From an uncultured delta proteobacterium (GTDB lineage: Bacteria; Desulfobacterota; Binatia; UBA9968): a stretch of 64,000 nt of DNA. Shown piece after piece: positions 25,266 to 37,183 of the stretch. The position numbers and the translations under genes are program-made. The DNA lies in assembly GCA_963804165.1 (NCBI GenBank), contig CAWDPO010000042.1, positions 32,001-96,000 of the forward strand, read 5' to 3'. Within the stretch, counting starts at the first letter, position 1; each line of letters opens with the position of its first letter. The notes below the pieces were generated by a model, which saw nothing but the letters and a program-made list of their open reading frames with translations, was not told the origin of the DNA and ran no database searches.

Positions 25266-25939
25266 GGCTGCTGTCGGAAACGTATTTGTTGCTGCGCAAA
25301 GACTTGCTTCTGGAGCTGCGCCGCCGCGACAGCCTCTTGACGATGTTCTTTTTCGGCACGCTGCTGTTATTCGTCTTTCATTTTTCTTTCGATCTCCCGC
25401 CGGATAAGGTGGCCGAGATGACGCCGGCGCTGCTTTGGTTGGCGTTCCTCTTTACCGGCACCTTGGGTCTCGCCCAACTTTTCAACGCCGAGCGTGAAAA
25501 TCACTGCCTCGATGCGTTGCTGCTCTCCCCCCTCGATCGCGGGGCGCTTTTCCTCGCCAAGACTTGTTTCAACTTGATCTTAATGGTCCTGGTCGAGATC
25601 GTCGTCATCCCGCTTTTTTGGATTCTTTTCAATTTAGATTCTTGGAATTTGCTACCGCAATTGTTTCTCGTTACTTTTCTCGGTACCGTTGGCTTTTGTG
25701 TCCTGGGAACGATTATGGCGGCCATCACGCTAAAAGCGCGGGCGCGCGAGCTGCTCTTGCCGCTGATCTTGTTTCCGCTGATGATTCCGATCATTTTAGC
25801 GACCATTCGCTGCATGGAAAATATTTTACGAAGCGGCGGATTCGACGATGGGCTGCCCTGGTTGCGCCTCCTTTTAGGTTTTGATGTGATATTTTTAACT
25901 GTCGGAGTGCTAATCTTTGATTGGGTCATTGAGAGTTGA
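25262..25939 (+). CDS. ccmB: Heme exporter permease CcmB
   Basis: KDLLLELR, LLLPLILFPLMIP; position in operon. Confidence 0.92.
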   Translation: MRLLSETYLLLRKDLLLELRRRDSLLTMFFFGTLLLFVFHFSFDLPPDKVAEMTPALLWLAFLFTGTLGLAQLFNAERENHCLDALLLSPLDRGALFLAKTCFNLILMVLVEIVVIPLFWILFNLDSWNLLPQLFLVTFLGTVGFCVLGTIMAAITLKARARELLLPLILFPLMIPIILATIRCMENILRSGGFDDGLPWLRLLLGFDVIFLTVGVLIFDWVIES

Positions 25940-25940
25940 A

Positions 25941-26648
25941 ATGGCTCAGGCGACGCTACCTCAAAGAAAACGGAAAGGAATTCTCGGAGCTTTGGCGCTG
26001 GTAGCTATTGCCGTGGGTCTGTATTGGGGCTTGATCGTCGCGCCGCCAGATGCTTACCAGGGCGATGTGCAAAGAATAATGTATCTGCACATCCCTACTA
26101 TAGTGGCTGCGTATCTTTCGTTTTTCCTGGTGTTCGTTGGGAGCTGCCTCTATCTGTGGAAAAAAGAAAAACGAGACGACATTCTTGCCTATGCAGCGGC
26201 TGAGATCGGCGTGCTCTTTACTGCGTTAGTGATGGTAGAAGGGTCAATTTGGGGCAAGCCAACCTGGGGCGTTTGGTGGACTTGGGATGCGCGGTTAACA
26301 ACGACCGCTATCTTGCTTCTTATTTTTGTTGGATATCTAATGCTCCGCTCATTAATTGAGGATGAATCGCGCGCTGCTTCTGCAGCCGCAGTACTGGGAA
26401 TTATCGGCGCTCTCGACATACCGTTAATCCACATGTCGGTCTATTGGTGGCGCACCTTACATCAACCTCCTTCAATTTTTCGTCCTGACAAAGCTCCCTG
26501 GGAGAATGTTGCTTGGCCGCTTTTGATACCTTTGACTATCAATATTGCCGCGTTTTTGATTCTCTTATTTTATCTTCTCTCGTTGCGCTACCGCTTGGGC
26601 GAGATGCGCGAAGAGATCAAAGCGCGGCGGCTCGATCGAGGTGGATAA
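25941..26648 (+). CDS. ccmC: Heme exporter CcmC
   Basis: RIMYLHIP, WWD motif WGKPTWGVWWTWDARL, WWRTLHQP. Confidence 0.95.
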   Translation: MAQATLPQRKRKGILGALALVAIAVGLYWGLIVAPPDAYQGDVQRIMYLHIPTIVAAYLSFFLVFVGSCLYLWKKEKRDDILAYAAAEIGVLFTALVMVEGSIWGKPTWGVWWTWDARLTTTAILLLIFVGYLMLRSLIEDESRAASAAAVLGIIGALDIPLIHMSVYWWRTLHQPPSIFRPDKAPWENVAWPLLIPLTINIAAFLILLFYLLSLRYRLGEMREEIKARRLDRGG

Positions 26649-26803
26649 TGGGAGCCTGGGGTTTTGTTTCGTTGGCGTACGGTATCGTATGGGGTGCGAT
26701 CTTGATATATCTGATTGTGCTCAAGCGCCGCTATGCGAGTGCGGTGGCAGAGCTTGCTGCGCTGCGGTCGGCGGAGGCTACGAGTCGCGATGTCAAAAGG
26801 TAA
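26648..26803 (+). CDS. ccmD: Heme exporter protein D
   Basis: 51 aa MGAWGFVSLAYGIVWGAILIY...; single TM; lies between ccmC and ccmE. Confidence 0.8.
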   Translation: MGAWGFVSLAYGIVWGAILIYLIVLKRRYASAVAELAALRSAEATSRDVKR

Positions 26804-27233
26804 ACGTTTTTTAATCGGTGGGATCATCATCCTCGCCGCAATCTCCTACCTGGTCGTTGGCGGCATGAAGGAAGCCATCGTTTATTTCGTCACCCCGTCC
26901 GAGCTCAGGGCCAAAGAGAGTTCATCGGCCGACAAATTTTTGCGCATGGGCGGCATGGTCGTAAAGGGCTCGCTGCAAAAAGACTTGCAGAATCTTACCT
27001 ACCGTTTCGAGCTCAGCGACGGCACCGCGACGTTCCCGGTGTTTTTCAAGGGCGTTCCTCCGGATCTGTTTACCGAAGGCAAAGGCGCAGTGGTTGAGGG
27101 ACGCATCGGCCGCGACGGAGTATTTCAGGCGACCACGATCATGGCCAAGCATGCCGAAGAGTACAGCCCCCACGCCGACGGCAAGGAAGCGGCCAAGAGC
27201 TTTATTCCCGCCAAGGAAGCAAGCGTCAAGTGA
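26790..27233 (+). CDS. ccmE: Heme chaperone CcmE
   Basis: YFVTPSEL, PDLFTEG, heme-binding AKHAEEY (HxxxY). Confidence 0.95.
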   Translation: MSKGKRFLIGGIIILAAISYLVVGGMKEAIVYFVTPSELRAKESSSADKFLRMGGMVVKGSLQKDLQNLTYRFELSDGTATFPVFFKGVPPDLFTEGKGAVVEGRIGRDGVFQATTIMAKHAEEYSPHADGKEAAKSFIPAKEASVK

Positions 27234-29168
27234 CCGCGATTCTGGGCCATAGCTCAATTCTACTGGCTTTAATCGTGGCGCTTGCGGGGATTGTCGCTCC
27301 CATCATTGCGGCGCGCTCGGGCGACCGACGATACTTGTCGCTCGCGCGTTATGCGATTCTTGCCCAGTTCGTTTTGGTCACACTGGCTTCCTCCGCCTTG
27401 ATCTACGGCCTGGTCGCCACCGACTTTTCCATCAAATATGTCGCCTTCAATACCACCCGCGCGACGCCGATTTACTATCGCGTCACCGGTCTATGGGGCG
27501 CGTTGGAAGGCTCGCTGCTGCTCTGGGAATGGATTCTGATCATTTTTTCAGGCATCGTCGCGTGGATTTATCACGACCGCCACAAAGACTTAATGCCGTG
27601 GGTGATCATGATCTTTTGTATCGTGTCGGCGTTTTTTCTCGGCGTCGTCGGTTTTTTGTCAAATCCCTTCGAGACGATCTCGCCGATCCCGCCTGACGGC
27701 CGGGGTTTGAATCCGCTGCTCGAAGACGCCAACATGATGACCCACCCACCGCTCCTCTACACCGGCTTCGTCGGCCTCACCGTACCGTACGCGTTTGCCA
27801 TGGCGGCGCTGATCGTCGGCAAACTCGACGAAGCATGGATCGTCAGCACGCGGCGGTGGACGATCATCGCATGGTTTTTTCTCACCGCCGGAAATCTCGT
27901 TGGCGCCTGGTGGTCCTATCATGTCCTTGGCTGGGGCGGTTACTGGGCGTGGGATCCGGTTGAAAATGCCGCGTTCATGCCCTGGCTGCCCGCAACCGCC
28001 TTCTTGCACTCAATCCAGGTTCAGGAACGAAGGCGGATGCTCAAGGTGTGGAATCTGTCATTGATCATCGTCGCCTTCAGCCTGACGATCTTCGGAACCT
28101 TTCTTACACGCTCGGGTATTATTTCTTCGATCCATGCCTTCTCGTCCGGACCGGTGGGTGGTTTTTTTCTCGCCTTTCTCGCCGTGATCCTGCTGGCGTC
28201 CTTCGGCCTGGTGGCCTACCGCGCCGATCTGCTCAAGGAGCAGCCGGAGCTCGACTCCATGGTCAGCCGCGAGTCGGCTTTCTTGCTGAACAACATCGTG
28301 CTGGTCTCGGCGCTATTTACGATTTTTCTCGGCACGATTTTTCCTTTGATCTCCGAGGCCGTCGCCGGCGTTCAGGTCAGCGTAGGCGCGCCTTATTTCA
28401 ACTCCGTCACCGTGCCGCTGTTTCTATTCTTGGTTTTTCTCATGGGGGTCGGACCGATGATCGCCTGGCGACGCGCCTCGTGGGATAATCTGAAACGCAA
28501 TTTTTTCTGGCCCGCGACCGCTTCGTTGGTGTTGGGATTGGCTTTGTTCATCTGGAGGGTGCGAGATTTTTTGCCTTTGTTGGGATTTACACTGTTGGCG
28601 TTTGTCGTGTTTTCGATTCTCTACGACACGGCGCTGGCGCTGCGCGCACGCAAGCGCCTCGCCGGCGAAGGCATCCTCCGCGGCCTCGTGACTCTGGCGC
28701 GGCGCAATCAGCGGCGCTACGGCGGATTCGTCGTTCATCTGGGCATAGTGTTGATCATGATGGGCATCGCCGGCTCGATGACCTATAGCCTGGAAAAAGA
28801 CGCGACGATGGCCGTCAAGCAGGAAATGCAGCATCGGCAACTACCGTGTTCAGTTCGAAGGCTTAAAAGGCTCCCAACAACCGACCCATTTCCGCGTCGA
28901 AGGCGCCTTCCGAGTGTTTCACAACGGCAACGATCAGGGCATTTTGAACCCGGCGCTTAAGTTTTTTCCCACCCAGCAATCCCCTGTGGGCCGCGCCGTG
29001 CATCAGAGCAGTTTGGACGAAGATATCTATTTGATTCTTTCCGGCTTCAGCGAAGTCGACCGCAACCAAGCGACGTTGAAAGTGCTCGTCCGCCCGCTGG
29101 TCATCTGGATGTGGATTGGCGGTTTCGTCATCGCGCTTTGGCACGATAATTTGCATTTGATCCGATGA
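27230..29168 (+). CDS. ccmF: Cytochrome c synthetase CcmF (C-terminal frameshifts)
   Basis: WGALEGSLLLW, HPPLLY, LGWGGYWAWDPVEN, GTFLTRSG, PLVIWMWIG. Confidence 0.95.
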
Positions 29169-29267
29169 GGAAAACAGATTTTTCAGAGACATGAATTTTC
29201 GGAAGTTTAAATCTGAAATTCGGCATTCGCCATCTGGAATCCGCCATTCCGAGCAAAGCGAGGACTA

Positions 29268-29838
29268 ATGCCCTGGCGACGTCTAGTGATCACGATTGCG
29301 CATCATCGCGCCGATCTTGGCGTTGCTCGCCTATGGATTTACCCGCGACGCGAAGTACATCATGTCGCCCTTGATCGCCAAACCGGCGACGCCGTTCACG
29401 ATCACGCTCTATGACGGCAAGAAGGTTGACTCTGGATGAATTCCGCGGCAAAGCGGTATTCCTAAATTTCTGGGCGTCCTGGTGCTTGCCGTGCCGCGCC
29501 GAAGCCCACGATCTCGAAGTCGCCTGGCAAAAGGTCAAAGACAAGAACATGGTGTTTCTCGGCGTCGCCTTGCAAGACACCGATCAGAAACTCCAGGCAT
29601 TTCTAAAGGAATTCAACGTCACCTATCCCAACGGTCGCGACGAGTCCGGCAAGATCGCCGTCGACTACGGTACTTGGGGCATCCCGGAAAGTTTTTTCAT
29701 CGACCCCCAGGGTCGAATCACCTACAAGCATGTCGGCGGCATCCGCGCCGCATTGGTCATTACCAAACTTGAAGAAGCCGCCAAAGGCATCGCCAGCGCC
29801 CAGGAAGGCACGAGGCGACTACTCAGGGAGTGCGATGA
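29268..29838 (+). CDS. ccmG: Thiol:disulfide oxidoreductase TlpA/CcmG (frameshifted)
   Basis: NFWASWCLPCRAE, YGTWGIPESFFID. Confidence 0.88.
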
Positions 29839-31520
29839 CGACGATGGGCCTGCGCAGCAATGTTTGTCTTTCTTGTCCTCTTAGCCATATTCGCGGCACC
29901 TCTTCACGCCGCGCCAGCGCCCGATCTCGAAGATCGAACCCGCGAGATCGCCACCGAGCTGCGCTGCGTCGTCTGTCAAAATCTTTCAGTCGCCGACTCG
30001 CCGTCCGAGATGGCTCAGCAGATGCGCGCCATCGTCCGCGAGCAGGTACAGGCCGGCAAGAGCGCCTGAGCAGATCAAAGAATTCTTCGTATCGAAATAC
30101 GGCGAATGGGTACTGCTCAAACCCAAGACTACCGGCTTCAGCGCGCTGCTGTGGATATTGCCGTATGTCGTTCTTCGTTGGCGTCATCGCCGCGCTATGG
30201 TTCATGCGCCGCTGGGTGACAAAAAAGAAAACGAGTCAAGATATGTCCACCAGCGAAAGCGCCGGCTTAGCAGCCAAGTCCGCAGCGCGAATTATTGCGA
30301 CAAGAAGTCCAGCTGCCGGATATCGAAGATCGAGCACCAGCGCGCTGCTGCTGCGCGAGCGCGGCCGCGTGCGGACCGAGCTAATGAGATTGGAGTTCGA
30401 TTTTCAATCGGGCAAGCTTTCCGAGACGGACTACGCGGGGCTAAACAGGAGATCGAAAGCAAAGGCGCGCGGTGCATGCAACAACTTGATTCGCTTCCGG
30501 CCGGAGCCCGAATCCAAAACCAGCAACATGCCAGCAAATCAGCGCCAGAAAGGGCAACGCCATCACCGGCCAGTCTCAATTCCGCCGCTGGCAACTGATC
30601 GGCGGTGGCGTGTTTCTCATGCTCTTCGGCTTGGCGCTTGGGCGTCATGCTCACCCAATCGATCCGCCAGCGCGCCAAGGCGAAGGCGATACCATGACTG
30701 GCGATTTCATGACCGGCACGACTCCCGCCAATGGCGACGTGCGCGCTGCACTCAGCCGAAGGCAAACAAGCCTTTGGCAACGTCAGGAATTTCCCAAGGC
30801 CATCGAGGCGTTCAAAAAAGTTCTCGCCGCCGATCCGGAGCATCCGGAAGCGCACAGCTACATGGGATTCATTCTCATGCAGGCCGGCCACGGCGACGGC
30901 GCGTTGATGGCTTTCGAAAAGGCCCTATCGCGCGCGCCGAATTTTCCCATGGCGCTGTGGGGCAAAGGCATGGTGCTTTATCAGGACAAAAAAGATTTCG
31001 CCGGCGCTCGGGAAATCTTTGAGCGGCTACTGAAACTCGTGCCACCGGGCGAAGAACGAAACGAAATCGCCAAAGTGCTCGCCGAAATCCCAGCCGCCGG
31101 CGTGCGCGAAACCGAAATCACCGCCAGCTGCAACCGCTCCCGCTGCCGGCTCGCTCCGGCCAAACCATCTCCGGCACAATCACCATCGATGCAAAGATAA
31201 AAGATAAGATCGATCCCCAAGCCGCGCTTTTTATCATCGCCCGACCCGCAGGCGGCACCGGCGGCCCACCGCTAGCCGTCAAAAAAATCGACAAGCCGAC
31301 GTTCCCGTTGGATTACTCCCTCAGCCAAGAAAACGTCATGATGCAAGGCACGCCGTTCACCGGCAAGATCAACATCACCGTCCGTTTAGACAAAGACGGC
31401 AACCCGACCACCCGCGGCGCCGGCGACATGACCGGAGAGTACAAGAAGAATCCCGTGGAGGTTGGGCGCGAAAAATGCGGACATCGTGATCGATCAACTC
31501 AATGCCAGCCGTACTCGAAA
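29835..31520 (+). CDS. ccmH: CcmH plus CycH/CcmI-like TPR and C-terminal domain, apparently one gene with many frameshifts; 3' end approximate
   Basis: LRCVVCQNLSVADS (CcmH), LEFDFQSGKLSETDY (CcmI-like), TPRs (AIEAFKKVLAADPEHPEA), FPLDYSLSQENVMM...VRLDKDG. Confidence 0.78.
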
Positions 31521-31609
31521 TGTCTCGGTTCAGCCCAATTCGCCGAACCGAACACGCACCCGCGAAAATCCCTTTTGGCAGGTATATCGTAATACACTGG
31601 TCGGTGGCT

Positions 31610-32237
31610 ATGTGCACTCTTTACCTGAGTGATTACTCTGTTCTTCGAAAACTCGTCGGAACTCGCGTGCGCCAGCTCGTGTGGGACCTGAAGATGTATA
31701 CTTTGTCCACGACAAGAGCATTGCGAAAGTTGAAGCGTGGGTGGAGCATCCGAACGTTCCCACCGCCGACGCAGGCAACGAGCTGATGTCCATAGTTTTG
31801 TCGCAGGAGCCGCCTGATGCTGGCAGTTTTCAAATGAAGGATGCGATGGATACGCGTATCGAGTTGTTGCAAGTGAAACTTGGTGGACAAAATTGAAGTC
31901 GCGAGAACTATGATTCTGTATCCAAGTGAGACGACGGTCGCACCGAGATCGCAAACTACGAAAGAGGGGATCGTATGCGACTGCGGCATTCTAGCCACTG
32001 TCGGCTCCCTGGTATTGCCAGCAGTTCAGCTCGGTAACAGCTTTGGGTTTGCAGGCTGGTGGCCGAATGTTCGCCTGTACTCAAGAGAGGAAGCTTTGTC
32101 TATTCTAGGTGAGCCGTATGAGCTGTTTGCACTCGAACGGGCTGCATACGATCGGCTTAGAGGAAGATCTTCGACCCGCCCGCTGGTCTCGTCCTCTCAG
32201 CCTAATACGTCATGCCGCACATACTTCCGAATCCTAA
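31610..32237 (+). pseudogene. Hypothetical accessory gene, frameshifted and interrupted near its 3' end by IS1634
   Basis: Consecutive ORF pieces at 31610, 31681 and 31880; at the reconstructed empty site the frame reads ...YFRILITHFNQND* ending at 34269. Confidence 0.45.
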
Positions 32238-34239
32238 CCCGACTTCGCGGATTCGCGGGGTTCAAAGGTTATAAGTAGTTGATAAATCAATCAGAGACTC
32301 CCCAAGGTCTGCACTACAGAGCAGTGGCTGAGGTGGCTTGAGCAGCGCTGATCTTGGGCGACGGTTGTGCCGGTAGTCTGTAGCTTGAGTTTGTCCAACA
32401 GCAATCTTAGTTCGGGCTGGGGTTGGCTGGTGCGCGTAAGAATGACCTGGCGACCGTCGCTGGTAGGCAGATGCACGTCGATCATTTGCATAGCGGCGAC
32501 CTGCTCCAGCACACTGCGTGTCGTCAGTCCTGGCGCGAGCGAACCTAACCGTTTCCCAGCGTCACGTGCAGACAATAGGCCAGAAACGATACGAAGATGT
32601 GCGCTTCGACACGCTTTTCGTTTTGATGAAAGATCGGCCGGATCGCCAGATCGCCCTTGAGGTTCTTGAACGCCTCTTCCACCGCCACCAGTTGCAGGTA
32701 CAAGCTCCACAGCTTGGCCGGATCGCTCTCGGTCAGATTGGTGCGCAGCAAGTAGCGCCCTTCGCGTCGCCGCGCTCGACGCAGTTTTTCCCTGTGCAAG
32801 CGATAGGTGAAAGAGGCGCCTGGTTTGGCCACCTCTATTTTGATTAAGCGCCAAGCACTGGGGGCTGCCTGTTTTGCCGCGCCGAGCTTCATGAGCTAGT
32901 TCTTCACGCGTGAGCGTCATGGCGCTCAGTTGCTTGAGCCTTGCCCACAGCCACTTTAGTCGGCGCCGGCGCATCGAGCGCTCCTTGGCGATCCGATCGT
33001 GGCTCTCGGCCAGTACGTACAGCTCCCTTATTGCGCCAACGGTTTCACTTTGACTACGGGTCGCGCGCTGCGCCAGGGCTTATCCACAAGTTGCTTCTCT
33101 AACCGGGTTAAACATCCCCTGGGCGTACCTACCAAATACTTGACCGGCGGACCACTGTGGCGCATCTCGTGGAGCACTGCTTCGGTCGGGATGCCCCGAT
33201 CCATTAGCCAGATGCGCTCGGCCTTGCCGTATTGGGTTTCGATCTTTTGCAAAAACTCCCTCAGCGTCGTTTTGTCCGAAGTGTTACCCGCCAGCACTTC
33301 GTAGGCCAGCGGAAAACCCTGCGGTGTCACGATCAGCGCGATCACCACCTGCACACAGTCGCTGCGCTTGTCGCGGCTGTGGCCAAAGCGCCGCTTGTCG
33401 TTCTCATCTTGCGGCGGATCGCACTCAAAATAGGTGCTGGTCAAGTCTAGAGCGCACCTCGAAGCTGGCGTTGAACAGATCGCGCCAGCGCCCTACCAGA
33501 TGATCGAACAACGCCTGTTTGTGTTCAAGCAAAAGATCATGGCAGGCATAGAGCTTGTGGGACTCCGCCAGGCTGAAGTCCGATCCGAGCAAATCAGCGA
33601 GTGCGCAGCCTCCGAACCACTGGCGGTGAAGCCGCACTCGCTGCCCGGTGCGATAAACCGGTAGGCCACCAGCACTAACAGCACTTGATCCCAGCGCGTC
33701 CCTTTGCGGCTGGGAGAAAGACGCTCGCTCCAGAATCGATCCAGCTCCAACTCCTGCCACAGCTTGACCACCAGCCAGCACGCGCCCCACTGGCGTGGCC
33801 GGCAAAGCTCCGGCTCCGATGACCGCATCCGCATCACCGACTCATGGAGATCACCGATTCACAGCGATCTGTCGGAAACGGCGCCATCGTACTCGGTCGC
33901 TGCTGGCCGTCTACGAACCCTTCAATCGATTTACGCCACGCCAACTCTTGTCAAGAATTGATCTCGCCCAGATAAAGACTTGGCGTTGCACCACGCCGCA
34001 TCGGCCACGCGCTAGTTCTCGACAATGGTAAAGTAGCGGTGTTCTTTGCCGTCTTTCTTGCGGGCTGAGCAGCGCAGGAACATGATGCCCTTGGATTATC
34101 CACATCCTGCTGAGCTTGAACAGAGGTAAGCTTTGCACTACAAGCCGTTTCGCCTGCTTCGGCTCACCACATTTTTCTTAAATCCAACCACTTACACGAG
34201 CGATATTATTTTACCTAGCATCGAATCCGCGAAGTAAGG
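32238..34239 (-). mobile_element. IS1634-family insertion sequence (~2.0 kb)
   Basis: 18-bp imperfect terminal IRs CCCGACTTCGCGGATTCG (32238-32255) and CGAATCCGCGAAGTAAGG (34222-34239); CTAA duplicated on both flanks (32234-32237, 34240-34243). Confidence 0.88.
32291..34083 (-). CDS. IS1634-family DDE transposase (multiple frameshifts)
   Basis: MFLRCSARKKDGKEHRYF, RPRQWGACWL, DLTSTYFE, GHSRDKRSDC, MDRGIPTE, VEEAFKNLKGDLAIRPIFH. Confidence 0.92.
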
Positions 34240-34261
34240 CTAATTACTCACTTCAATCAAA

Positions 34262-34584
34262 ATGACTGACGAGATTGTCTCAACTCCGGGCGACAGCAGC
34301 GTTATCGCAACCATCCGCAAAGAATTGAGCGTGCGAGCACGTCACGCAAACGTAGAATTGGTGAACGCTTCATCGTCGCAGCGATTGGCAGCATTCCCTG
34401 GATCGGCGGTTTCATCGCGGGGGTCATTAGACAGTCCCGAGACGTCAACGAGGTTGGACAGTTCTTACGAAAGCGACCCGTGAAGCGTCGCGGATCGCCA
34501 CCAACCACCATAGAGTCCGCCTTTGAGGACTCGAAGCAGTACGTGCTAACCAACTCGTCAAGCAGTTTATTCACTACACGATGA
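34262..34584 (+). pseudogene. Hypothetical protein fragment (frameshifted, probably truncated)
   Basis: MTDEIV... shifts frame to RKRRIGERFIVAAIGSIPWIGGFIAGVIR; ATG overlaps the reconstructed stop of the upstream gene. Confidence 0.4.
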
Positions 34585-34774
34585 ACGAGACGGTTGCACG
34601 GCTCGCTGGAGAAATCTCGCAGCGACCTGAAGGCACGTGCGGCATAGCAAAGGTGTCGCGGATAAACGTCCTGGATTGACGTGAGCAACATCGGCCGCGC
34701 AGCTTACACCTTGGTCATTTGCCGCTGAATCAGCCTCTGCTGATAGTCGGGTACCGCGAATGGCTCGAATTCAA

Positions 34775-35128
34775 TTAGGGCTGGGCGTATTTCTTGTAGA
34801 TCACATCCGTCTTGGCTGCCATGATGAAATCGTTCTTATGTAGATTTTTGATCTTGTGCGTCCACCAAGTGACGGCGACTTTGCCCCACTCCGTCGTGAG
34901 GCGTGGGTGATGACCTTCTTCTTCCGCCGTTTCGCCGACCTCGTCTGTAAACGCAATGGCGTCTTTGAAGTTTTTGAACTTGTATAATCGATCCAATTTC
35001 GGAATCCCGTCTTCGGTGATAACTTGCCAATCCGGCACCTGCGGCTTAAGGGCTTTCATCTCTTCTGCCGTGACCGACGGGGCACCGACTTGGCAAGCTA
35101 CGCATTTTTGTTCGGTGAGCTCTTCCAT
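34775..35128 (-). CDS. phhB: Pterin-4-alpha-carbinolamine dehydratase
   Basis: [27 protein letters not shown]. Confidence 0.94.
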   Translation of the reverse strand: MEELTEQKCVACQVGAPSVTAEEMKALKPQVPDWQVITEDGIPKLDRLYKFKNFKDAIAFTDEVGETAEEEGHHPRLTTEWGKVAVTWWTHKIKNLHKNDFIMAAKTDVIYKKYAQP

Positions 35129-35168
35129 GTCTTAATTCCTCCCGTACGTTCAATCCTCCTGCCGTAAA

Positions 35169-36222
35169 TCACAACTTCGGCATCACATCTTGAGTAAAGC
35201 GCTGCATCGAATCCATTACAAGCGGATGCGGCACGGTTCCAATATTAAACCACGTAAGTAGATGCTTCGCGCCGGTGCTTTCTGCCAGCTCTTTAAGTTT
35301 CTCCACCGCCAAGTTGTCATCTCCGATAACCGAGTGCTTCTCACACACAGTGTCGAACCCAACCATGGCGCCCGCGGCGGTACGGAGCCGCGCCGGTAAC
35401 TCGACGCCGCGGCGATTTAGCCAGTCAGTATAATCCAGGCGCAAATCGAGAATGGTTTTGAAGTAACTCATCACGCCGGCTACCGACCGCGCCTTGGCTT
35501 CCGCGGTTGTCGCGGCTAAATGCATCGGCACCAATAGTCCTAGCTCTCTCTGTTGTGGATCATGTCCATGGTCCTCTAATCCCGCCCAGTACGCGTTCGC
35601 ATATTCGACGACTTGTTCCGGTGTCCGAGTGTGAATTGGTAGGAACATGTTTATCCCGAGGCGCGCGCCGACTTCGACGCCGTCGAGCGAGCTGGTTGCC
35701 ATGTAAAACGGAGGCAACGGTTGTTGGACCGGTTTCGGATTGACGATCACTTCAGGGATTTGAAAAAACTTGCCGTTGTGGATGAGTGTCGGTTCCGACC
35801 ACGCTTTGCGAATCACCTCAAGGGACTCGGCCATCACCTCGTGAGTAGATTTGTGGTCGGCGCCGAAGCATTCGTACGCTCGGCTGTGCGGATGTCCTCC
35901 GCCGGCGGCGAAATCCATCCGGCCGTTGCTGACCAGATCGAGCATCGCCGCTTCTTCCGCCAGCTGCACCGGATGGTGCACGGGTAAAGTGTTAACCGCG
36001 ACGCCGAGGCGAAGCCGTTTGGTTCTCTGCGCCACCGCGCCGAGCACGACATAAGGCGCGGACAACAGCGAAAACTTCGGCTGACAGTGAATCTCGGCGA
36101 TCCAGTAAGTGGAGAATCCCAAGCGATCGGCCAGCTCAGCTTGTTCCATGAATTCTTCGAGCCGTGCCGCCGGGGACGATCCCGGCGGGCATTGAATTTC
36201 GGTAAACAGGCTGATATTTCAC
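35169..36222 (-). CDS. LLM-class (luciferase-like) flavin-dependent monooxygenase; frameshift near the start
   Basis: ADRLGFSTYWIAEIH, HPVQLAEEAAMLDLVSNGR, PKPVQQP. Confidence 0.9.
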
Positions 36223-36261
36223 TTTTTGCCTTTCCCTTCGTCGCCGCCGACCCTACGAAAG

Positions 36262-37107
36262 CTATGACTTCTTGTTGCGTTTTTCATTGGCATCGACAAC
36301 GCGATTGGCCGACGCAGCTAACTGCCGGGTGATCGGGACATCAATGTCGTACAGCCGCGCCAGCTCCGCGACGAGTGGAATGTCTTTGTTCAAAACGTTC
36401 CGCCCCGATCTCGGCAGCGGATCGTTGCCCGAAGGATCGAACGTGCGCTGCCAGCGGTTGAGCACACTGTTGTGGCCGATGCGGCGCATCACCTCTAACG
36501 CTTTCGGATACGGAATACCGCCGGCCAAACCGATTTGAATCGCTTCGTGCACGATCAGCGTCTCAGCGCCGCCGAGCATGTTCACGATCAGCTTCCCCAC
36601 AGCTCCGGTGCCAAGCGGCCCCATGTGAAAAACTTCTTTGCTCATTTTGAGCAGATGCGGCTTCGCGCGTTCGCACCAAGTCGTCCGCTCCGCCGACGAC
36701 AAAACACAATTCGCCGGCGCGCACCGTGTCCGGTACGCCGGTCATACAAGCGTCGATCACGTGCACGCCTTTGCCGCTTGCTGCTTGCGCGACTTTAATC
36801 ATCGTCTGCGGCAGTATCGAACTGTGCAGCAGCAACAGAGTTCCCGGCTGCGCAATTCGCCAAAACACCATGCGAGTCCGATAACGCAATCGAGCATGTC
36901 CTCATCGGTGCGTACGACGATATCGATCAGCGTCGACTCCGCGGCAACTTCCGCCGCGCTGCCGACAGTTCGCATGCCCAATGCCCCCGCCTGCTCCAGC
37001 GCCGGCGCGTAGGCGTCGTAGCAGACGGCGTTAACGCCCGCGACCTTGAGCCGTTCCAACAGCGCCAATCCCATGGCGCCGGTGCCGATCATGCCGATCT
37101 TTTCCAC
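36262..37107 (-). CDS. 3-hydroxyisobutyrate dehydrogenase-family NAD(P) oxidoreductase (frameshifted)
   Basis: IGMIGTGAMG, DACMTG, GPLGTGAVGKLIVN. Confidence 0.85.
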
Positions 37108-37183
37108 GTTTACTCCTATGTCGGTCGGAACGGTGAAGCGTTATCCTTTGAGCAGGTTAAGGGAAGCGGCGGTGATTCGTGAA

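Noticed and set aside
30061-30075. In-frame TGA in ccmH as selenocysteine or readthrough
   Set aside because: The homologous sequence continues in another frame (PEQIKEFFVSKYG), so this is an indel, not recoding.
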